From Octopus sinensis (taxonomy: Eukaryota), in assembly GCF_006345805.1 (NCBI RefSeq), contig NC_042997.1, positions 154,814,001 through 154,878,000 on the forward strand: a stretch of DNA of 64,000 nt. The letters run 5' to 3'. Of this stretch, positions 51,870 to 64,000 are shown piece after piece. Position numbers and translations under genes: made by a program. The notes under the pieces are model-generated. The model worked only from the letters and a program-made list of their open reading frames with translations. It had not been told where the DNA came from and searched no databases. Positions within the stretch are counted from its first letter, which is position 1. Every line of letters begins with the position of its first letter.

Positions 51870-53355
51870 TCAGGACTTATAATGCTGAATAAGTCCGCCT
51901 TCCGACTCACACACTCTGCTGCACAAGTTGCACGAGAGATCATGCTAGACGTCTCATAAGTAGAAAATTATGCCCCCATGGACATGCATGTGGCTAAGTA
52001 AATCTACCTTTGAGAAGCAGACACAGCCATACTTGTTACACGAAAGACACTCATTCGTATCCTTCACAAGAAGAGTGTCCATATACTCCATATATTTACA
52101 GTACGTCTTAATGTATACAGTCCTGTTGCTCTCAAATTCTTCATCAGCATTAATATCGATATTTCCCGGCATTAATATCGATATCGATCTTGGTGTGTAA
52201 AGATTGTCTCTGAAACGCTTGCGTGGCTTCCACTGGGGACGTTTTCCCTGCTCCAGTTCACCATACAACACCTGTTTTGCCATGCTGAACGGATATGACC
52301 AGACCATCTAAGCTGGTGTTTCATAATCATGGGTTCGATAATCATCATTTTCGCCAGCTGCAGTACTCTTTTATCAGGAACACGAGATCGACATAAGATC
52401 TTTAGAATAATACACAAGCATCACTAGTGGAATCGGTCGAGACGGTGGATTTGCCTGCGGTAGGTTGTCCAGGTTTCGCATCCATTCAATAGCACTAAGA
52501 CGCATGCTTGATAGACTTCAACGACCAGAGTCTCAGTTCAAGCTTTCCAAATTATCAGAGTCCTTAGAAAATCAATAACTGACCACCTCGTCAAGTGTAT
52601 TAAATTTAGATAGTGTGCTATCAAAGTAGACAAACGTAACCACGAAGTCTAATGTAATGTACGTATCCACGAATTTTCATTTTCCCCTTTGACACATATC
52701 GACGGTGTGATGACTATAATTATAGTACAACCGATCTGGTGCTGGTTGTAACATGATTACGGTTTGATTGTAAGTCCAAACTCATCACAGGCAGCTGCAA
52801 GTCTTCCTCAGTGTGGGTTACGAGATCGCAATCTTCAGCGTAAATGAGATCATGAATGAGAGCCACGAAAGATTTAGTTACTGCAGTAAAACAAGGGATA
52901 TTGAAGAACTTTTTTCTTTTATGGTAACGGATCTAGATACCACTATTGTTATGTGCAAGAGCTTGCAAGCTAACAACAGCAGAGAAAATGACGAATAATT
53001 TTGAAGCCAGGAGGCCATTCTGTTTAACATCAGATTCAACTAAGATGGGTTGTAGTTGGTCACCGTTGACACAAAACCTTTGTCTGGTGCAGCATGGTCC
53101 AGCAACCGAATGAGAAGCATCCTTGCAAAAATGTTGCCAACAACTGACAAAGGGAGGTCCCACAGTAGTTGTCACATCTCTTTGGGTTCTTTGGTTGTAC
53201 AATGAAACGAAGGTGGTGTCGCTCCACTCTTGAGAAGTTTCGCCTCTTGTCCACTCTATGTGAAATATGATAGATGAAAGCCCCAGTATCTCATCACCAG
53301 TTCAGCAACAATGCCATCAATACTAAGGGCTTTGCCTGGTATTCATCAACTTTAC
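51870..53355 (-). pseudogene. Decayed RTE-clade LINE (RT to C-terminal zinc finger)
   Basis: PGKALSIDGIVAEL, RCDNYCGTSL, VESDVKQNGLLASKLF, QLRWSGHI, KQVLYGELEQGKRPQWKPRKRFRDNL, and C2H2-like motifs CNKYGCVCFSKVDLLSHMHVH and CNLCSRVCESEGGLIQHYK. Confidence 0.85.
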
Positions 53356-53502
53356 AGCTTCCGATTTTTCATCATTAGAGGGTAGAATATAGAAAAGGAT
53401 CGACGACTAATTCTCCATCTAAGGGTATTTTTCATCTTAAAGTTCCGCACGCAGTTGTCTATAACATTAATTACGCTCACCATTAAAAATAATATATTGT
53501 AC

Positions 53503-53551
<49 letters not shown>

Positions 53552-54483
53552 AACATGTATGTATATACATACATGTAATAAATATATATACACCTATATG
53601 TTTATCCTTAAACAAGAATATTGTTGACGGAGACTTCGAAGTTTCGGCCAGTTAATCCATCGTCGACCGAAATTTCGAAAGCACTATCAACTACATCCTC
53701 TGTAAAAGTATAGAGTAATTTCTCAGATTTACTCTATACTTAAAATTTGTGTAACGTTGTTTTTATTACGACTAAACAAGAAAACAAAATATTAATATAT
53801 ATGTGTGTGTATGTGTATGAGTGTGTATGTGTGTATGTGTGTGTGTGTGAGTGTGTGAGTGTGTGTGTGTGTATATATGTTTATGCATATAAATATATAT
53901 ATATATATACGCGTATATGTGTGTATATACGCTTATATATGTATAAATGCATGTACATATGTGTACATAAATGTGTGTGTGTGTGTGTTTGTTTTTGTGT
54001 GTGTATAGTATGAGTGTGTATTTCGCAAGTGGCTATATTATTAATAAAGTCATGTCTACATTTTTTATGAAAAGCAGAGAGAATATCGTAGAGGTAGAAT
54101 TAGAACTAAAAGCAACTGAAAAAAAGATATTTTGTCATTTTTTAAGTGTATAAAAATATTAGAAGTAGAGGTTTCTCATATCTGCATATACATTTTATGA
54201 ATTCACTGCTACAGTCAATGTTATTAGTAGTTCAGCTATACCACTTAGAATATAAAACAATTTCAAGTATCAGTCAGTACCTATTTCCTATCAAATCTAG
54301 AATATGCATTACTCGTATGATATCCTGCCGAATACCTGCAATTCTAATATTTTATGTTCGATTATAATGCATTTTTCTGTGTGCCTATTAATTTTCTTAG
54401 AGGATAATGTAATTCACTTGATACACGTACAAAAGCACTAGGTCATACACATGCGTGTGTGTGTGTATGGATATATAATCATA

Positions 54484-54715
54484 TCTATTATATAAAATCC
54501 GTTCTGTCTGTCTATGTGTGTGTATCTTCTAGGATCTCAGGCATCCTCTATCCGATTGCGCTCAAATTTGATATATAGATACCGACGATATCAAGGCGTG
54601 TATAAGTCTTGAAAAAATTACAAAAATCAATTCCAGGTGAGAATGCGATCGATAAAGCCGTGGGAAAGTACATTTGTACGCGCAAGTACATCAGCACCGT
54701 CCATTGGACGGGGAG
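54484..54715 (+). mobile_element. Non-autonomous Helitron 5' portion
   Basis: A|TCTATTATATAAAA start followed by CTGTCTGTCT and CCGATTGCGCTCAAATTTG, typical of small animal Helitrons. No 3' CTAG end seen. Confidence 0.55.
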
Positions 54716-54797
54716 GGTGGCGTTTTGCTCGTATTATATATAATAATAAATGTTACAAAAAGAAAATAGAGACTACACACACACATACATACACACA

Positions 54798-54836
<39 letters not shown>

Positions 54837-55360
54837 TATATATATATATATATATATAATTGATGAAGGAAACGGAAGATTTAGCTCTAGTCTTTATTCG
54901 GTACGACGATTGTTTCGACCCATCCTGCCACTGTATGTTATGGGTAGGATTTTGCGCATCTAATTGTCTTGCCTCAATCTGTGCAGTTTGTATCACATCA
55001 GGTACATGCATAAAGAAGGAGATACGCCGCTAGATATCCTGAGATATCTTAGGCATGTTATACGTGCCTGCTGTATTATGATGGACTTTTCCTTCGAGGA
55101 CGACCTATGAGTGTTCAGATTTTTTACCGAACGACCTACACAAATGATTTGTTTATAGTGATCAAATGTATGTGCTGTACAATAGCTCACTCCCTCCATC
55201 AAATCAACATAGTTTTGAACAGGGGCACGGTGTACTCATCAGATGTCGAAGTGAGTGTAGAACAACGTGGGATGAAGTGTTTTGCTCAAGAGCACAACGC
55301 ACACGCAGTCTAGGAACTGAAACCAAAATCTTACGATTGTGAGTGTAACATCCTTACCAC

Positions 55361-55413
<53 letters not shown>

Positions 55414-55415
55414 TT

Positions 55416-55459
<44 letters not shown>

Positions 55460-56723
55460 GTTTCAGAATTCGATGGAATCAAGGTATTTAAATAGCAAAG
55501 CACCGACTAAAGAAAATACAAATTTATCCTTCCAGCTTTGCACACGTTCACAAGTACTGACCAAATACACAACGTGTATACGAAGTCACACAAGAATACG
55601 TTTCGGAACGTAGTCACCTATAAGCTCAACGTAGGGATTGCTCTGAGTGTAGTGAAGTGTAAACAATCACATAGATGGGTTGAGGTTAACTACAGGTGTT
55701 TCAGACGAGTTCTTCATTGATGAATAAAAATATTACATCATGTAAAAATTTAACATTTAGAATTTTTCGCATAAATAGAACATTATCATTTCTACTAAAG
55801 GCACAAGGCCTGAAATTTGGCGTGAGGGAACTAGTCGATTGCATTAATCCCAGTGTTTCACTGATACTTCATTTGTCGACCATGAAAGGATGAAAGACAA
55901 GTCGAACTCGGCGGAATTTGAACTCAGAACGTAAAGACGGACGAAATGCCGCTCATTGCTGTTTATTTGTTTGAGTTTCGATCGAGTGTCATATGGTTAA
56001 GCGCAGGGTGGATGAGAGCGTCTTACTCGTGGTCCTTTTAGGATTCTAGTGGGGGTTTTAGTTTGTCTATCTATAGTGGGATGGTTAATGTGTCTAGTAG
56101 TGGGGCTTGTTCCCCCCGGAACTTAGTTCAGAGATGTGTTTTTTAAGTCTAGTGTTTGCTATGAATTTAATTTGCTGAAAGAAGCTGCTAGCGGCTAGTG
56201 CCTGGTTTTAGTATGTGGCGTGGTTATTGCAGATTTCCTCCGTGGCTAAGAGATCCGATATCCGGATAGACATGCCTTCGATTATACTATCGAAGGTAGA
56301 TTTATGGTGATTAGAGTTTATGCTAATGTATCGGAGGTATTAATTAGGTTTATGGTAGAGGGAGTTTGTTTTCCCTGTCCTGTTTGTGTTACCAATTTTG
56401 ACCCTCCGCAATATCCCCAATTTTCTTTAATTTGCTTTGCGGGAGCAACTGTTTTATTGAAAGAGTATATTGTTAAACACTCGAAATGCGAGAGTAGAAT
56501 AACAGCCAACAACTGATGAAGGGTTGTTCTTTATGTTGTTTGTCTTGATTTCCATTTGCGTCTTTCGTTGTTAGAAAAAATAGTTCATATTCCATGTACT
56601 TCTATTTCGTATTTTTTTGTTGTACACGTTTCGTGATGTCCTGTGCCTACATATGCAAATACATATCTACGAATTGATGTAAGTATGTACATATACGTAT
56701 GTATATATGCATATATAGTATTC

Positions 56724-56779
<56 letters not shown>

Positions 56780-57121
56780 GTTGAAATGCACTGGGATTCA
56801 TTTAAATTTTTATTTTTTTAATTTTTAAAGACTTAACCGGTTTTCCAGTTGTTTCTGATTTTCAATAGTTGAGATAAAAATACGTTGATCTTTGTTGCAA
56901 CTGCCTTTCTTCTGGTCAGAATTCAAAAATTGTCTTGTTTTTATAGAGAGAACATGGTTCAAATTAGTATCTGTTTTCGTGATTGGTCAAGGATGATCAG
57001 GTGATCAGGTTTTAAGAATTTTTGTAAGTTCTCTGCTAACTCCGTTCTTTAATGCCATGTGACAATATCTTTGGTGCCCAACGACACCAAATATGTTGTG
57101 CATGTATATGTGTGTGTGCCC

Positions 57122-57153
<32 letters not shown>

Positions 57154-60100
57154 TTGTGTGTGTGTGCGTGAGTATGTGAGCATGAGTATGTGAGCGTGCA
57201 TGCAGTTGTGTTTGTACTTGCTCACTCATGTGTATATACTGCAGCGCTTGTTACATTGATGATATACAGTTTTCATGAACGGGGGTTGAAGCAATGAAGC
57301 TGTCCAGGTTGTAAAATGTCGGCCGTGAGTGATGTGTGAGCATCACATAACATTTTGCAACAAAAGCAATGAGAGGGAGGAGGAGGGGGAGAGAGAAATA
57401 GAGCGAAAGAGGGGAGAAACGAAAAAACACTGAAACAAAATCAGAAACATAAATTGAAATATAGAACGGGAGAGTGTTTTGTACAGTTCATCACTTGCAG
57501 GTATTTTGCTTGTTTGTTAGATTATAATTTAAAAGGGAAAATTCCATAATTTGACAGAGTCGTTATCATAAAGAAATGTAATGTCAAATATGAAGTTACA
57601 CGCAACAGATCACCTTTGATATAAATGTTTTTAAAACTCGTTCTTCGCATCGTTGTTGGGCTTTTATTTCAGCTTTAATTATTAAATGTTTTATTTATTT
57701 ATTTGTTTATTGTTATGGCGCCTTTGTCTAATTAAGTAATCATCATTTTAGTATATTCATTATTATTGATATTACAGTTAATTCTGTTTAATGTATGGAT
57801 TTGAAAAAGAACATTATTATTTCGTGGTAATATAAAACAACGAACATTCACAAAGAAAACATAATCACAAATAATGCTATTTATTCGGAAAGGGAGAAAT
57901 AAAAAGAAAATCAGAATTTCAAATTAATAAAGAATAAAGCTAATGGTTATATTAATATCTGCATAATGTCTTCGTTCAGTATCTCTGCTGAAAAATGGGA
58001 TGAATGTTCCTTGTTCGTTTATAATGGCAAAAGCATGTAGAAAAGGTATGAGAAATCTATCGATCTATCGATCAAACACAACCAAAGTAGTTCATCATTC
58101 CGGAACATGATCGATAAGATACGTTACATGTTATAATTTATACTCATGTGAGAGTGGATTGATGTATATTTTATCACAAATGACATCTTTTTCTCTTCAA
58201 TACATCAGATGAATGATAGCAACGATGGCCGCTCATTTTCCGACATGCCACGTAATTTGTGAAAGACTTGTAATGAGAACACAAAACCCTTTACTGTGAA
58301 ACAGAGACTATTGAGCGTTCATGTTTTTTTTCTCCAACCATATTGGTAGCCTAAATGATTTAAATGTGCTACATTTGAGAATCGAAACTGGTTCAAAAAG
58401 TTGGATCTGTGGTGGATTAGATTTAGTGTACATTGCTCTCTACTACGCCAACCCTATGCGCCACCAAGGTGGGGTGAGAAATCTTGCGGGAAGACGAAAT
58501 TTGGCCTGCATTAAAATTTGTAACAGCTCTGTGACAAAGTTTTATTAAGAAAAAAATTATTTAAAAGAACTATTTAAGGTTGAAGGCGAAGAAGTAATAT
58601 ACGAAAAGTTGCTTTGAACACCCACAAGATATCCTCAAATTTCTCTTGTAGCATTAATCACGCGTCAGAATATATATGAATTGATGACGAGTAGATCATA
58701 CCATTGTCATAGCCAATTATATTTCAGCATTTGTTTTCCTTCCACCGCCTTCAAAAAACATTGTTTGCGGGCATTTATTGTCTTATGTGCTTTTTATCCG
58801 CGATAAATAGCAAAAATGTTTGCTAGTTGCGTTAAGTTCAATAATTTTGAATCCTGGAAAATTTACAGTCCATTTGCTTACTTGCATTAAAGATTTTAGA
58901 TCCTCATTGTAAAGCGCAATAACTAGTATTAATAAATATAATAAAATTTATGGCAAAAGGTCTTTGTTCAATGAAAAACGGACGTGTAACATTTTCTTAG
59001 GAGTAAATGAAAAGTATGTAGAATATTGATAAAAAGTTTCGATTTCAGTTTCTTAAAAAATGTAATATTGAAGTTCCAAGCATAAAGGATAGGATAAATT
59101 AAATAGAAATCTGTATTTAGACAAGCTATTTTTTATTTTCAAAATTCTGTCAATAGCAATCTATTTTCAAAAGACATTGATGAACGGAATGTGAGTTGGG
59201 TGGGATAAATTTAAAGAAAGTGAAATCACACATTGAAGGTGATTTTATTATAGAGTGAGAAAACATCTGCTATTGTAATTCAAAAGTCAGACAGAAGAAT
59301 AGTTTTAGACTGTGTATTCTTTGTATTATATTCGCTAGCTGTAGATGAGACAAGAAATATAGCAAATATTGAATAGTTTGCTATAATTTATAATTTACGA
59401 TATGAGATTTATTTACTTCAAAATCCATGAATAAGGTTATAATGGTAAAGAACATTTTTCTAGTTTTTATAGTGTGCCATATCTATAGCTTTATTCAATA
59501 AGAGTGTCAATACCTTAATAGTGCCTCATTGCTTTATTCATTGACAGAATTGATGTGCATATTGTCAAATAATGTGATGAAAGTAGTGAAAAAATATATC
59601 TACTTCGTGAAAATTAAAGGTTAAACAACAAAGAATTTAAAGAATTTTAATGGTATCAAACCGGTGATTTATGGCACCTTCTTGAAGTTCGCTAGGCAAA
59701 AGATGTAATCTCAAACTTTACTTCATCGCTGGAGTAAAGCTTTTAATAAGTGTTAACTCTTTGCCTGTCCTACGTATCACATGTGTCCATGCATCATACA
59801 TGATGCAAATTCCCAATTTTTTCGACCACAAGAGTAACTTGAGACTTTATATTACTCAGAAGGCTGGAAATCAGAGCCAACTAAAAATCTGAAAACAAGC
59901 ATGGAGGTTTAGAAAATCCCCAGACAATGTTTTGGGCAAACAAATTAAAAGTATTTACATTTGACGATTTGAGGACCAAAGGTGATACGGGGTTTGGAAT
60001 TTTTGCTCGATATCACTAGCCCCATAACTCTCATCTTAGTTTGAAATTATGAGAGCCAAATCAGTTATTACTTCTCTTTCCAAATCAGGGACTTTGAAAT

Positions 60101-61356
60101 ACTACTGCTATTGTTCATAGCTCGAACTAAAATCAGTGGCTGATTCATATTCTAACACTGTTAAAACCAGAAACCACGACCAGTGATGAAGTATATAACA
60201 GAGCATTTCGATATTTTTTCAATTTCAAAAATTTCAAGATTTAGAAGAAGGGGGTTCGAACTCTAAATAAGTGCAACTCCTTTTGGTGTGATGCCTAGTA
60301 ATTCAAGTTAATATATTTGCAATCAGATATTTTGATATTCGAATATAATAGTTTATCTATTTTGGAATTTTGTACATACCACGTCGATAAAAAAATTTAT
60401 TCACTTTTTAGGAATCAGGTATTTTATATTAGAATTTTATCGAAATTTATTCTGCTAATTTATTCTTTTTATCAGCCTGCACCCAAAATCTTTCTCCAGA
60501 GCTACAAATATTTCTATCACCCAAATCTAAATATGTTCGCCATATACTTTTTCACAATAATAATTTCTTTACTATAACTTTTGAATTTACTTCTAAATAT
60601 TTAAGTTTCTGTCACTTTTCCATAATTGTTTAATTCATAATTTTAAATACTACAAAATGTTTTTATTTCGCTTAATTTAAAAGATATATGTACTAATATT
60701 AAAGTAAAAATACTAGTAAATTATTTCCCTGTCGACGAGAACTCTTGTTTCATTGAATAAAGTGGAGAGACCTTGAGTCAGGATGTAATTTAAGCGTATG
60801 AAACTTGAAGGTTAAAGAAAGGAATAAAATGTAAAGATTGAGTGACTAGCTGATGAAGGTGTGGGATGAATATGTAAAGAAGTTTAACTTTCAGCTTAGA
60901 TATTTGTGAAGATATGCATGATTGAAAAGTTTAAAAGTTTTATAGAATTTATAGTGTAAGTTATTTTTACATGAATCAAAATTTCTAATCTTTTTTAAAT
61001 ATAAAAAACGCTGATAATATAACAAACAAGAAAGTGAAATTTAATTATTTTTTAGCAAAATATAAAGCTCATTATATAGTATATAGTAGAAGTTATTGAA
61101 GTATGTATGTGTAAAGGTGGTAAAGCATTGATTCGATGCCAAAAGCCATTTTTCTACAAATCACATAAAGAGTAAAATCTAAATGTATTAACGAATTTTT
61201 ATAAACAGAAGAGTGGACTGTAATGTGAAGCCTATTGTTATAGGAAGTTATCTATTATCAGCTACAAATAACAAAACACCAAAATATTCCACAGAGTATA
61301 ACGTTTTAATTTCAATCAAAGTTATTACCGTGTAATGAGAAGTCGAGGTATACATA

Positions 61357-62626
61357 CGAGGGACGTTCAATAAGTAATGCCCCTGACCCACTTGCATTTG
61401 TTTGATCTAGCTGAAATTTTGCATGTGTAATTATTTATATCTCTATAGATTAAGTGGCAAATTACAGCTCTGAACTAATTGTGATTTCTGATTTACAGGT
61501 GTTTGAACTGAGTCAAGTGTGAAATGGAGCATGTTGAGTGTCGAGCAGTGATCCGGTTTTTGTATTTGAAAGAACGCACACCACGGGAGACTTTTGATGA
61601 AAGGAAAGTAACTTATGGTGATGATGCCCCATCATATGACCTTGTAAAACGCTGGCATCGTGAATTCAAACATGGTCGGAACTCTGTGGAAACTGCTCCC
61701 AGATCTGGTCGCCCCCTGTCCATCAAGTTGAGGCTGCCATTTTGGAAGATCGACACATAACTATTCGTCAAATAGCCCATGAGGTCAAGATTAGTACCGG
61801 GTCTGTGGAAACTATCATTTATGACCATTTGCATATGCAAAAGGTGTCTGCCAGATGGATTCCCAGGTTGCTCACACCTTTCCAGAAGCAAGAACGCGTC
61901 GAGTGCTCGAGGGTGAATTTGGAGATGTGCCAAGAAGATGTGTCAAAATTTTTCAAAAGACTGATTACACAGGATGAAACCTGGGTCCATCACTATGATC
62001 CAGAGACCAAAGCCCAGTCAATGCAGTAGAAGCACCGTGACTCACCTCCTCCAAAGAAGGCAAGGGTGCAGCCCTCTGCTGGCAAGAACATGCTCACAGT
62101 CTTCTGGGACCAGGACGGAGTAGTTATGACAGATTTCCTGGCAAAGGGTACCACAATGACAGGAGCCTATTATGCTTCACTTTTGAGGAAATTAAGAGAA
62201 GCTATCAAAATCAAGAGGCGGGGCAAGATCAGCAAAGGCATCCTCCTCCTGCAGGACAACGCTCCTGTCCACAACTCGCGTGTTGTCAGATCAGAAGCAC
62301 ACGCGTGCAGCTATGAACTCCTCTCCCATCCCCCTACTCTCCTGACCTTGCACCCTCTGATTTTCACCTCTTCCCAGCCATGAAGTTGTTTTTGAAAGGA
62401 AAGTGTTTCCCAGATGATGCAGCCTTGATTTCTGAAGTCACATCGTGGTTGGAGGACCAAGCTGGAGTCTTCTACAAAAACGGTCTCCAGAGCTGCATCA
62501 AACGATGGGAGAAATGCGCAACTCTGGGTGGTTCCTATGTAGAAAAAGACTAATAACTGTGCCAAGTTTCGTTGCTCTACTGCTATGGGAAGTGGGTCAG
62601 GGGCATTACTTATTGAACGCCCCTCG
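61357..62626 (+). mobile_element. Mariner (DD34D) DNA transposon, complete 1270 bp
   Basis: 37-bp TIRs CGAGGG(A/G)CGTTCAATAAGTAATGCCCCTGACCCACTT (61357-61393 / 62590-62626, 1 mismatch) with TA duplication on both sides. Confidence 0.96.
61524..62553 (+). pseudogene. Mariner transposase pseudogene
   Basis: PRSGRP, WIPRLL, ITQDETW, LLQDNAPVH, HPPYSPDLAPSDFHLF motifs. Deletion frameshift ~61722, TAG in place of Trp at 62027-62029, 1-bp deletion in the C-run ~62331. Confidence 0.95.
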
Positions 62627-62810
62627 TAGCTTTGGTTAATATGGTTAAGAGATTGATACTGGTAATTCTTGATTAATTAGTATGCTAGTGGTTCTTGGCA
62701 AAATTTAATGTTGAGTAAAGCTGTTTGCCACTTCACTTCCTCCGGAAGCGATGGTGTTTAATTAGAAGACTTAATTTTGCCAAACAAAATGCAAGTAATT
62801 CATTCGAGTG

Positions 62811-62878
<68 letters not shown>

Positions 62879-62924
62879 GTATGTATGTATGTATGTATGC
62901 ATGATTGAATAAACATAATACAAA

Positions 62925-63290
62925 AGAAACAAAGACAACACGAGTTCAACAAGGATGTACATATGTGATCTTTCAGACGGTGAGCACGTGAACTAACCCG
63001 CTTGCATTTTCTCCTGGCTCTTTTCTCGTTATCTCTTTTCCTCTCTTTTCTCAAGCATCTGATGAAGATCTATGTCCGAAACGTTCTAACTTTGTTTTCC
63101 TTCTTTAACCGTCAACCTATTGACTGTGAACGCCCCTTGAACATTTGTTGCTCATTTTTGCTATTTGTAATTGTTTTGCTTTATTTATTGCACGCTTACG
63201 TGCGCCTTCCATGTGTTTCGAACCGATAATTTCGAGTAACTTAGATCTCGGATTACGCCGAAGATTTTTCCCAAATGATGTTACACACAC
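62925..63290 (+). mobile_element. Probable solo Penelope-type terminal repeat containing hammerhead core CTGATGA..GAAACGT (63059-63085)
   Basis: Pyrimidine-rich leader, then CTGATGA AGATCTATGTCC GAAACGTT. Stem II is weak and stem I is not supported. Confidence 0.5.
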
Positions 63291-63305
63291 AGTCACACAC
63301 ACACA

Positions 63306-63354
<49 letters not shown>

Positions 63355-63652
63355 ATAATATATATATATATATTGTATTTGGAATATATTCATTTAGACG
63401 CTTAATTGTCTTATTAAGTTAACGTGATATTAACAATTTAGAGCCCTTTGAAAAAGGACTCCTAATTTTTTATTGTAAGTCCATATTTATTAATATTATG
63501 ATTATTATTACTACACCGGTCTATGCCTATATTTATAGTTAATATATTTCAACATTTATATATATTCGTCTATACATAGGAGTATGAATGTGAGAATAGT
63601 TCAATCACACATAACACGCACATATATACACACATATACATATTCATATATA

Positions 63653-63716
<64 letters not shown>

Positions 63717-64000
63717 TGTTGTGTCTGGGGGAGTTTTTTCTTTTTGTGCCTTATAATCTAACACACTCACCGATAAAATTTCCACTTGTTTCTTATTTTT
63801 TTATTTTCCTAAAATTTTCGTTGCGTCTTGCAACCTTTTCAATAGTCTTGACTCTTGAAAAGTGGTATAAACGTTGCAAGACACAACGAAAATTTTAGGA
63901 AAATAAAAAATAAAAAATAAGTGGAAATTTTACCGGTGAGTGTGTTATAAGGCACAAAAAGAAAATTACTCTCTCCAGACACAACAGAATATGCTTCAAC

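Noticed and set aside
55215-55255. Minus-strand CTGATGAGTAC..GTTCAAAAC
   Set aside because: G12 is missing and the sequence appears to be diverged SINE family D body.
58430-58960. Possible hAT transposase remnant (FRILLL/PST)
   Set aside because: Similarity too weak and no termini found.
59753-59810. piggyBac-like end TTAACTCTTTGCC with palindrome TGCATCATACATGATGCA
   Set aside because: No matching second terminus found.

Overview
AT-rich, microsatellite-dense animal DNA, most likely Octopus (inferred from recognising the dominant tRNA-derived SINE families and the (TA)n/(CA)n/(TACA)n load; not verified by search). No host protein-coding gene could be identified with confidence; almost all short ORFs in the track are microsatellite or antisense artefacts. 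The window is mostly mobile elements: a full-length Tx1/L1-clade LINE (~15.26-20.55 kb, minus; uninterrupted 1129-aa APE+RT ORF2; ORF1 broken by one missing base), a 5'-truncated Penelope-like element (RT+GIY-YIG, 27.4-30.2 kb), a complete but mutated DD34D mariner (61357-62626), decayed Tc1, Helitron, RTE and other Penelope fragments, two pogo/Tigger-type MITEs and more than 25 SINE copies. Key finding: the ~230-bp direct repeats flanking the Tx1 LINE each contain a complete type I hammerhead ribozyme (15100-15147 and 20797-20844, plus strand). Removing the LINE and restoring 63 bp reconstructs a tandem repeat with a ~475-nt unit whose halves pair into a nested rod-like fold, i.e. a retrozyme/viroid-like circular-RNA template interrupted by an antisense Tx1 LINE. 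The whole block is also bracketed by a perfect 40-52 bp inverted repeat. Several smaller or variant hammerhead motifs occur in Penelope-type terminal repeats elsewhere.
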